In this document: positions 39,795 to 48,154 of the stretch, piece after piece
Numbering within the stretch: the first letter of the stretch is position 1
Layout of the letters: each line of letters begins with the position of its first letter
Assembly: GCA_964536975.1 (NCBI GenBank)
Contig: CAZHYS010000002.1
Span: forward strand, 12,288-76,287
Length of the DNA: 64,000 nucleotides
Reading direction: 5' to 3'
Source: an uncultured Gammaproteobacteria bacterium
GTDB lineage: Bacteria; Patescibacteriota; Patescibacteriia; 2-01-FULL-39-33
Translations under genes and position numbers: made by a program
Notes under the pieces: generated by a model
What the model was told of the DNA's origin: nothing
The model's database searches: none
Seen by the model: the letters and a program-made list of their open reading frames with translations, nothing else

Positions 39795-40272
39795 AAATAA
39801 AAGCTGATAATACTAAACTATTATATCAGCCAAGAGAGAGAAAATCAAGAACACCGGGGTTGAGGGGTAGTAATTAGTAATCGATAATAATCGTGGAGAC
39901 GCGATAAGCTCGCGTCTAAAAGTAATCAGTAACGAGTAATCGGTAACGGAACTCGGCAGACAGTGTCATCGCGAGTCCGCCGTGGCGGACGTGGCGATCC
40001 CATATTTATATTGTCATCCCGACTGAGGACGCCCCAAGCGGACGAGTGGAGGGATCCCCTGCCTACCGGCAGGCAGGCTCCACTTGTCTGCTTGAGGCAC
40101 CTGTCCGCATTGGGTGGAGACTCGCAATGACAACAGTGACGGATTTAAAAATAAAAATCAAAAAAAATCACCCCCGCAATCGCTACAAAAAAGCAATTGC
40201 GGGGGCTAATGGGCTAAGGATCCAAAGGCAAAAAAATCCAAAGAACCTTTGCCTGCCTGCTGGCAGGCAAGT

Positions 40273-41113
40273 TCAAAGGGCTAATTCTTGCGGGACGGAC
40301 CAGGCGAAACCGCCACCGTCATACCACTGGCGGCCAGGATGGCCGTAATACGCGTGCAGCCGCCGACCAGTGTCGTAGCGGAGCGCGGCCAGGAGGCGCG
40401 GGCGGCCGCCAGAATCAGGGATGGGAGGATGCATGACGACGATGTACTGAAAACCAAGGGCTTTAATTTCCTCGTCCGTGAGATAATCGCGGATAAGGCA
40501 GCCAACCTCGGGGTTCGGATCGGTGAGGTTCTGACCGTTGGTAAATGCCCCGGTCTCGGCGTCTTGACGCATGTGCTGCGTCAGTCGCTCGTTGTCCCGC
40601 CAGAGCTTGGCTGGCAGAATGGCGATGCGGTGGACAACACCGGTGGTCGGCTGGAACTGTTTGGAGCGAAGGACGCTTTTGGCGTAATCGCTCAAGTCAT
40701 CGCCCTTCTGCTGGAAGTAAGTGATCCACTTTTTCCCTGTCCGTCCGGTAGTGGCGGGAAAGGTGATATAGATCACGCCGTTGGTGGCGACTGTCCACTT
40801 CGGTTTGAGACACTTCTGGTAATCCTCAACTGAGATGGTGCCTTGGGGGGCTGACTAGTGACGCCAGCATCTTAAAATCGACGACATATGGAACAAGGGG
40901 CGTGGAAGGGACGGCCGGGGTAGGACGGGCGGTGATGACCAAATCACCGGAATTTACCCGCCGGATTGCTTCATCCGGACTGTCGGCGCCGGTCTCTCTC
41001 ATAATATTTTTGACCAACGCGTTGAGCTTACCCAACCCGGGTAGCACCTCCATAATGGCAAGTCGCGGCTTCGCCCTTTCCGTTCCCTGATTTTCTGCGT
41101 CTCTATTTCCCAT
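40273..41113 (-). pseudogene. GC-rich foreign ORF split by a frameshift or stop (95-aa and 167-aa pieces)
   Basis: The two minus-strand ORFs are adjacent but in different frames. An in-frame TAG at 40855-40857 interrupts the downstream frame. GC content is far above the flanks. Confidence 0.35.
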
Positions 41114-41228
41114 GATTATCTCCTCACTCGCTCAATTGCGAGTTTCTGTTTTCCCTCTCATCCGAGGGCAGAACCACGGCTACCACAGTAGCAGCCACAG
41201 CCAAAAGATTTCAATAAAGTCCTCCCGT

Positions 41229-41440
41229 GTCATCCCGACTGAAGCGATCCGCCTCGGGCGGAGAGCGAAATGGAGGGATCCCTCCATGCGTTCATCCCGA
41301 GTACTCGGGACTCACTTAGTCGGGATGACACTATAATCAATATCTTTTGGCTATGGCCGCTTTTTTTACCAATTATTGTTTCAAGGTACTTATATATAAT
41401 TATAACACGCCTTAAATGTTTTGTCAATGGCAACCCAATA
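41229..41440. mobile_element. MITE-like palindromic element (R5) plus a shared ~100-bp tail
   Basis: It has terminal inverted repeats GTCATCCCGAC...GTCGGGATGAC and a near-copy at 47204-47450. Confidence 0.5.
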
Positions 41441-41480
41441 TTTTGTTTAAAATAAGGAAAAAAAATAAAAAAATTGTTAA

Positions 41481-41693
41481 ATTGTCCGCCGCGGCGGATT
41501 GTCAAATCGTCATTAACTCCCGAATTTAGAGTCAACACCCAACAATATAACAATATGACAATTTAACAATTGCCGTTTTAAAATTGAAGCATTGAAAACT
41601 TGTGGTGAGCGAAGCCGAACCATTCATTGAAAATTTAAAATTATAAATTAGAAATTTTATTAGAAATTAGACATTAGAAATTAGAAATTTTTC
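41481..41693. repeat. Left inverted repeat flanking murJ; perfect or near-perfect reverse complement of 43576-43789
   Basis: I reverse-complemented one arm and compared it base-for-base by eye with the other over ~213 bp. Each arm contains the R4 palindrome, the R1 core, and TAGAAAT-type heptamer repeats. Confidence 0.7.
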
Positions 41694-41723
41694 TAACTCC
41701 TAATCCCTAAACGCCAATCGCTG

Positions 41724-43445
41724 TTATACCCCTTCTCCTTCCCTCATCACATCTTCGGCCACCGCTGGACTGACCTTCTTGAGTAGTTTCTTCCTCATTG
41801 ACGCGACAAAAATCGCCATCTCTTCCATATTTAGCAGCCAGCCAAACAGCCAATAGCCAAGCATTCCGCCGCCGCCGGCGATTCCGCCTTGCAATAAAAT
41901 TCCCAAAAAAGTATCAGTGGCCACATATACATTAAGCGCCTGAAGCAAGCTGTAAGTAATCAGCCCGGCGGCCAAAGAAGCGAATAAAATCCTAATTGAT
42001 GAATCAACGATTTTCCGGCCGTCCAATCGGCCGATTTTAAACTTAAGCCAAATCATCAGCAGAATCAGATTGACAACCGAAGAAGCGCCAATCGCCGCCG
42101 GCAAAGCAAGAATGCGCAAGTCCCCCACTTCCCACAAATCAGCGATTTTTAGGATAGCGACAGTAAAAAAAGAAAACCAATTATCAAAACTGAATATCCA
42201 GCGGAAAAAGAATAACGCCGCCAAATTCGCCGCCAACGAAAAAACTCCGATATAAAAGGGTGTCCGACTGTCATGCAAGGCATAAAAAGCGCGAATCAGC
42301 AGCGGTAAGGCGCTCTGGGCAAACAAGCTCAAGGCAAAAATTGCCAGACTGGCGGCGGTCAACCGCGTGTCCAGCCAGTCAAACTGGCCGGCACCGAGAA
42401 TAACTCTGACGATTTGCGCCCTTAGCACGTAAAACAGAATTGACACCGGCACGATCAAAAATAGCACCTGACGGAAAGTGACAGAAAAAGTTTCAACGAA
42501 TCCGGTTAAATTCTTTTTTGCCGCAAGCAGAGACAGAGCCGGCAAAGCCGCCACCGCGAAAGAAACGCCAAAAATTCCCAAGGGAAAACTTTGCAAATTA
42601 TTGGCCAAATTAAAAATCGCCAATGAGCCGACGGCCAAAGTGGAAGCGACCATGGTTACTGTCAAAATATTTACCTGATTGATTACCAGCGTCAAGGTGC
42701 GCGGGATCATCATCCGGCCGACCAAGCGGACGTTTTTGTCTTTTAACCCAAAAATCGGCGCGTAGCGATAGCCGGAGGAAAAAACTGTCGGCAATTGGAC
42801 CAACAGATGCATTGCCGCGCCCAAAACCACGCCCCAGGCCAAACCATAAAGTCCCCACTCGGGAACAAAATAAATCGCGCCGATGATAATGCCGATGTTA
42901 TAAAAAATCGGCGCGAGCGAATAAGCGAAAAATTGTTTGAATGATTGGAGAATTGAGCCAATCACCGCCGAAATGCCCAAAATCAGCGGGCTCAAAAACA
43001 TTATCCGTGACAATTGCGTCACCAGCGCCAATTTTTCCTCATCAAATCCGGGCGTAATTAGTGGCATTATTTGAGGAGCAAAAACAAAAAAAATTCCGCA
43101 AATTATTACCAGCCCGGCAATCACCAAATTCAAAATGCTATTTATCAGCCGCCAAGCTTCTTTTTTCTTGCCGCTTAGAAACGAGCTATTCTCTATCAGT
43201 CCGGTAAACACCGGGATTAGGCCGGCAGAAATCGCGCCCAAAACCAAAAGATTATACACCAAATCTGGCAGACGAAATGCCGCGTAATAAATATCCAGTT
43301 CGTTGCCCGCGCCAAAATGCGACGCCAGAATCCGGTCGCGAAAAATGCCGAGAAACCGGCTGACCAAAGACAGGGCGCCGATGATGATCGCCGCCGAAGT
43401 AATTGTCCTGGCTTGGGAATTAATAATTTTTTTGAACCCAAACAT
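41724..43445 (-). CDS. murJ: Lipid II flippase MurJ
   Basis: 573 aa, a multi-pass MviN/MurJ family protein with the N-terminus RFLGIFRDRILASHFGAG. Confidence 0.85.
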   Translation of the reverse strand: MFGFKKIINSQARTITSAAIIIGALSLVSRFLGIFRDRILASHFGAGNELDIYYAAFRLPDLVYNLLVLGAISAGLIPVFTGLIENSSFLSGKKKEAWRLINSILNLVIAGLVIICGIFFVFAPQIMPLITPGFDEEKLALVTQLSRIMFLSPLILGISAVIGSILQSFKQFFAYSLAPIFYNIGIIIGAIYFVPEWGLYGLAWGVVLGAAMHLLVQLPTVFSSGYRYAPIFGLKDKNVRLVGRMMIPRTLTLVINQVNILTVTMVASTLAVGSLAIFNLANNLQSFPLGIFGVSFAVAALPALSLLAAKKNLTGFVETFSVTFRQVLFLIVPVSILFYVLRAQIVRVILGAGQFDWLDTRLTAASLAIFALSLFAQSALPLLIRAFYALHDSRTPFYIGVFSLAANLAALFFFRWIFSFDNWFSFFTVAILKIADLWEVGDLRILALPAAIGASSVVNLILLMIWLKFKIGRLDGRKIVDSSIRILFASLAAGLITYSLLQALNVYVATDTFLGILLQGGIAGGGGMLGYWLFGWLLNMEEMAIFVASMRKKLLKKVSPAVAEDVMREGEGV

Positions 43446-43575
43446 TGTCTGGCTGTATAAAAACCGTTAACTTAATTTTGATTTGGCGATTAGAGCGACC
43501 ACCACACCGACAAAAATAATGCCAAAAATTACGTAGGTCATGGGCTAGGAATTAGGAGTTAGGGATTAGGGATTG

Positions 43576-43789
43576 GAAAAATTTCTAATTTCTAATGTCT
43601 AATTTCTAATAAAATTTCTAATTTATAATTTTAAATTTTCAATGAATGGTTCGGCTTCGCTCACCACAAGTTTTCAATGCTTCAATTTTAAAACGGCAAT
43701 TGTTAAATTGTCATATTGTTATATTGTTGGGTGTTGACTCTAAATTCGGGAGTTAATGACGATTTGACAATCCGCCGCGGCGGACAATT
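43576..43789. repeat. Right inverted repeat flanking murJ
   Basis: See the left arm at 41481-41693. Confidence 0.7.
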
Positions 43790-43827
43790 AGTCAATTTGA
43801 CTTTACAGACTTTATAAACTTTTGACT

Positions 43828-45888
43828 TTATGAACTCATTCTCACATCCACGATCTTCGCGCCTTTGCCTTTGACGCCGACCATCACCGGATTGAAATCC
43901 ATTTCCTTCACCTGCGGATAGCGCTGGGCAAAATCGCCAGTCTTTACCAATATCTCCGCCACTGCCTCAATATCCAGCGGTTTTTGGCCGCGCGCGCCGG
44001 CAAACATTTTGGCAATTTTTAGATCACCGATCATCGCTCTGGCGGCCGCTTTATCAAACGGCGCGATTCTAAACGCGACATCCTTGAATATCTCGGCGTA
44101 AATCCCGCCCGCGCCGACCATTACCAGCGGGCCGAATTGCGCGTCGCGCTTCATACCGACAATTACCTCAAACCCTTTGACCATCTCCCCCACCAAAAAC
44201 CCGTCCAGCGCCGGAATCTTTTTTTTCATCTCGGCGATGGCCGCTGTCATCTCCTCAGTGTTTTTTATGTTTAATTTCACTCCGCCGACATCAGACTTGT
44301 GAGTGATTTTTTCCGACACGATCTTTATCGCCACCGGCCAGCCGATTTTTTCCGCCGCGCCAATCGCCGCTTTTCCATCGGCAGCAAACTCGGCTCGGTG
44401 CAAATTGAATCCCAAAGGCAATAATAATTTTCTAGCGTCAATTTCCGTCAACACCGCTTGATTGAAAATCTTATTTTCCGACGGTTTGATTTTTGATTTT
44501 GCGATTGTTAGCGGCGCCATCCTCATCCGGCTATACTGCCACATCCGGCCGAGCGTTTCCACTGCCTGATTGGGAAAATTATATACCGGCAAAGAATATT
44601 TTTGAAAAATATCATAATGGCCGGTGATCTTGGCTTCACCCATGAAACACGCCAATACCGTCTTGGTCGTCTTTTTGGCCAGGCGGCCGACAATCTCCGC
44701 GGTCTTGGCCACATCCGTCATCTTCTGCGGGGTTAATGCCACTATGACCGCGTCAACATTTTTGTCCTTCAAAGCCTCGCCCAGCGCCCATTCATAGCGA
44801 TCAGCGCCGGCATCGCCCAGAACATCAATGGGATTTTTGACGCTGGCCGCCGGGGGCAATTTTGATTTTATTTTTTTGGCCGCGGACGCGGACAACTCCG
44901 CCAATTCCAATCCGTGCGCCGACAGCAAATCCGTCAGCAATACGCCCGGCCCGCCGGCGTTGGTGATAATAGCCACGCGCTTGCCCTTTGGCAGCGCCTG
45001 CCAAGAAAAGCCTTTGGCCAAATTGAAAAAATCTTCCAAATCCCTCGCCTCAATCAATCCTGATTGGGCGAAGGCCGTACTATAAGCTTGCGCTGAACCG
45101 GCCAATGAGCCAGTATGCGAGGACACTGCCTGGCTGCCCTTCTCTGTTTTGCCGGCTTTTAGCACAACCACTGGCTTTTGGCCGGAGACGCGACTCGCCG
45201 TTTCCATGAACCGCCGGCCATCCCTGATATCTTCAAGGTAAGATATGATCACTTTGACTTTATCGTCGCTTCCGCAATATTCCAATAAATCATTTTCGTC
45301 AATGTCTAATTTGTTTCCCATACTGACAAAATAAGCCAAGCCGACTTTTTGCGCCTCCGCCAAGTCCAAAAATGCCGTACCCAAAGCGCCCGATTGGGAA
45401 AGAAAGGCGACATTGCCCCGCGTCGGCGTGCCGGGCGCGAAAGAAGCGTTGACCGGCAAAAGAGCGGAAATAAAGCCAAGACAGTTTGGTCCCAAAATTC
45501 TGATCTGATATTTTCCGGCAATTTTTTTGATTTCATTTTCCAGCGCCACCCCCGCTTCGCCTAATTCGCGGAAGCCGGCGGAAATAATGACGATGTTTTG
45601 GCATTTCTTCTTGCCACATTCTTCCACTGCTTCGGCGACAAATTGAGCCGGAATGACGATTATCGCCAAATCCACCGGCCCAGGCACTTTGGCAATGGAC
45701 GGATAAGCCGAAAGACCGGCAATGTTTTTTTCATCCAAATTGATCGGATAGATTTTGCCGGCAAAACTGTTTTTGAGATTGACCACAATATCATTGCCGA
45801 CCTTGCCCGGTTTGGCCGACGCGCCAATGACCGCGACTGATTTGGGATTGAAAAAAGGTTTGAGATTGGTTTTATTTTTAATTGGCAT
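43828..45888 (-). CDS. ADP-forming acetyl-CoA synthetase (NDP-forming acyl-CoA synthetase, fused alpha/beta)
   Basis: A CoA-binding N-domain VAVIGASAKPGKVGN and an ATP-grasp C-domain. Confidence 0.8.
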   Translation of the reverse strand: MPIKNKTNLKPFFNPKSVAVIGASAKPGKVGNDIVVNLKNSFAGKIYPINLDEKNIAGLSAYPSIAKVPGPVDLAIIVIPAQFVAEAVEECGKKKCQNIVIISAGFRELGEAGVALENEIKKIAGKYQIRILGPNCLGFISALLPVNASFAPGTPTRGNVAFLSQSGALGTAFLDLAEAQKVGLAYFVSMGNKLDIDENDLLEYCGSDDKVKVIISYLEDIRDGRRFMETASRVSGQKPVVVLKAGKTEKGSQAVSSHTGSLAGSAQAYSTAFAQSGLIEARDLEDFFNLAKGFSWQALPKGKRVAIITNAGGPGVLLTDLLSAHGLELAELSASAAKKIKSKLPPAASVKNPIDVLGDAGADRYEWALGEALKDKNVDAVIVALTPQKMTDVAKTAEIVGRLAKKTTKTVLACFMGEAKITGHYDIFQKYSLPVYNFPNQAVETLGRMWQYSRMRMAPLTIAKSKIKPSENKIFNQAVLTEIDARKLLLPLGFNLHRAEFAADGKAAIGAAEKIGWPVAIKIVSEKITHKSDVGGVKLNIKNTEEMTAAIAEMKKKIPALDGFLVGEMVKGFEVIVGMKRDAQFGPLVMVGAGGIYAEIFKDVAFRIAPFDKAAARAMIGDLKIAKMFAGARGQKPLDIEAVAEILVKTGDFAQRYPQVKEMDFNPVMVGVKGKGAKIVDVRMSS

Positions 45889-46041
45889 ACCGCATTGACT
45901 TTATAAATGGTTCGACTTCGCTCACCACAAGCTTTACGAACTTTATGACTTTTGACTTTATGAACTATCTCCATTCTACCACAAATTTTAAGATAAAAAA
46001 ACGCCCGCGCTTCTCTTCCGTGAGAAACGCGGGGTAATTGT

Positions 46042-46407
46042 CTACTTAGTTGCCATATCGCACAGCAACTTAGTCATGTCACTGCCGATAGCAGCCGCTT
46101 CTTCCGGCGGCAACGGCTTGGCAAACAGAAATGTCGCTTTCGTGCCGGCTGCCGGCATTTCTATCTGGACTGGATAGTAGCCGACGCGTTGAAATCTGTC
46201 CGCGTTGTCTTGGTGGGGAAAAACAATCACGAAACTTTCCCCGAAGAACAACGCTGATTTCACCGGCGATTGTCCTGCCCGCGCCCGGCCATTCTCTTCA
46301 AAAAACAAGACGCCTTTGAATATGATTTGCGAACCACCTAAGACACTCATTCCTTCTGTCCTCCTAATCTTATTTTCCGTCATAATTATATTCAGCGCCG
46401 ATCTCAC
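46042..46407 (-). CDS. Hypothetical protein
   Basis: A 121-aa ORF in a GC-elevated insert. Confidence 0.3.
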   Translation of the reverse strand: MRSALNIIMTENKIRRTEGMSVLGGSQIIFKGVLFFEENGRARAGQSPVKSALFFGESFVIVFPHQDNADRFQRVGYYPVQIEMPAAGTKATFLFAKPLPPEEAAAIGSDMTKLLCDMATK

Positions 46408-46492
46408 ATCAATCGACGCTTAAGCCGCAACAGACAAATCCAAAGGGCTAAGGATCCAAGGGCTTAATCCCAAAGGATCTTAGCGCTAAGGA

Positions 46493-47128
46493 CTAGTTAC
46501 TTGCGGGCACCGCAGCCGGATCATCGCCGTTAAAGTCGTGGACAAGCCAGTTGCAGTGCCAGTGCCACCCGCCGCCGCGCCAGACGAGGTAACGGACGCG
46601 CAAGTAGCCATCCGAGCCGCGATAGATGGTACCCCAGAAGAATATGGCTTTGCCCTTCCATTCTTCCGGAATGAGCTCGGGATGAGCCAGGAGGTAGTCC
46701 AAGAGACAGGCGTTGTAGACCGGCTTGCCGTTGAGCTTCTTACGAAGCTTGTTGCCGACGATCACACCGCCATTCTTTTGTTTTTCGTCCAGGTAGAGCA
46801 CTACCTTGGACGGATCCCACTCCATTTGACCGCCCTTGATGTGCTCTTCTACTTGCCAACCATCCGGTACGAACGGGTCGGCGTCCAGATCAATGAGGTG
46901 CTTTTGTTTGAACCCACCATCAAGTGAAGACAAAAAATCGGTAAGCTCCGCCGATTTTTCAATCCAGCTTTGTGCTACGGCCGATTCCAAAATCGGCACG
47001 CCGCGAATAAGTTGGACGATAAACTCTCGCCACTGGCGGAGAGCTTTTTTGACCGCCACTTTAACAATGCAGTCAACCTCTTCCTGAGTATACATCTTTT
47101 CTTTTGAGGCTTGTTCCGTTTTTTTCAC
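46493..47128 (-). CDS. Hypothetical protein with a Trp-rich C-terminus
   Basis: 211 aa in a GC-elevated insert. I recognise no family. Confidence 0.4.
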   Translation of the reverse strand: MKKTEQASKEKMYTQEEVDCIVKVAVKKALRQWREFIVQLIRGVPILESAVAQSWIEKSAELTDFLSSLDGGFKQKHLIDLDADPFVPDGWQVEEHIKGGQMEWDPSKVVLYLDEKQKNGGVIVGNKLRKKLNGKPVYNACLLDYLLAHPELIPEEWKGKAIFFWGTIYRGSDGYLRVRYLVWRGGGWHWHCNWLVHDFNGDDPAAVPASN

Positions 47129-47203
47129 GGCTTATTCCTCCTTCTTAGTACGCGCCAGCGGGCTGCCCAATGCAGCCATAGCCAGAAAATACCAATTGTA
47201 GCG

Positions 47204-47450
47204 TCATCCCGACTAAGTGAAGCCCTCCCGTCCCGAGTGCCCGGGACGGGAGGGACGAACGCATGGAGGGATCCCTCCACGGAGTTTACCCTGAGCGTAG
47301 TCGAAGGGGTCGGGATGACACGGGAGGACTTTATCAAGATAATATTTCAGTATCTTTTGGCTATGGCCGTTTTTTTGCCAATAATTGCTTGTAAGGTACT
47401 AATATATAATTATAGCATATCTAAAATATTTTGTCAATAGTTAAATCAGC
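47204..47450. mobile_element. Second copy of the MITE-like R5 element with an inverted core
   Basis: It has the same terminal repeats and tail as 41229-41440. The central segment is in the opposite orientation. Confidence 0.5.
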
Positions 47451-48154
47451 TAAAAATAATAAAAGTGGCTAAAATTAGAGAAAAAATATATCACCATAAA
47501 TCTACAAATCAGCCGCGGCATCTGCCTCCTCTATAGGCGCTTGCCAGCCTTTGGCGGGGACGAGCGCCCGTAATGGGGACGGTTTCCAATGATTGGATTA
47601 TTGTGTTTTATGCGACCATTAATAAATCTTGTGCTAATTTTATGCGAAAGCGAGCGCTAAAAATTTTCGCAAGCGAAGCGTCAGAAAATTTTAGCGAGCG
47701 AAGCATAAAATTTAGCCATGATTTATTACCGGTCGCGACTTTTGCGCCACTTTTCTAGAAAAGTGGCATAAAAAAATAATTTATTTTTAAAATAAGATCG
47801 CCACGTCCGCCATTGCGCCTGTCCGCCTTGGGTGGAGACTCGCGATGACACGACTTGCCGAGTTCCGTAAAAACGCCCCGGCAGAGTGTTCCTGTGCTGG
47901 CGCAATTAAATTTTAATTTCATCAAAAAGAGACGCCCCGAATATTCGGGACGTCTCTGCAAATTGGGCGGGGGCATCCGCCTCCGCGCGAGCTACGGCGA
48001 GACAAGCGCCCCGCCCCTACAAATATTTTTGCTCCGTGTTATTTGATTTTCTTGGTTCCGTAAAGACGTTGCGTCGCGACGTCTCTACAAAATTCCTATT
48101 ACTGATTACCGATTACAGATTACAGATTACAGATTACTGGTTACTAATTATTTA

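Noticed and set aside
40288-40833. 181-aa plus-strand ORF in the GC-rich patch
   Set aside because: It is an Ala/Gly/Arg-rich translation typical of antisense frames in GC-rich DNA. The minus-strand pieces look more protein-like.
43556-43575. TTAGGGATTAGGGATT telomere-like heptamers
   Set aside because: It is a short chance array within the heptamer-repeat family R6 (GATTAG/TTAGCG/GATTACA words). No terminal position or telomere context exists.
47628-47710. Tandem ~24-bp repeats considered as a CRISPR array
   Set aside because: There are only ~3 irregular units, no unique spacers of regular length, and no cas genes.
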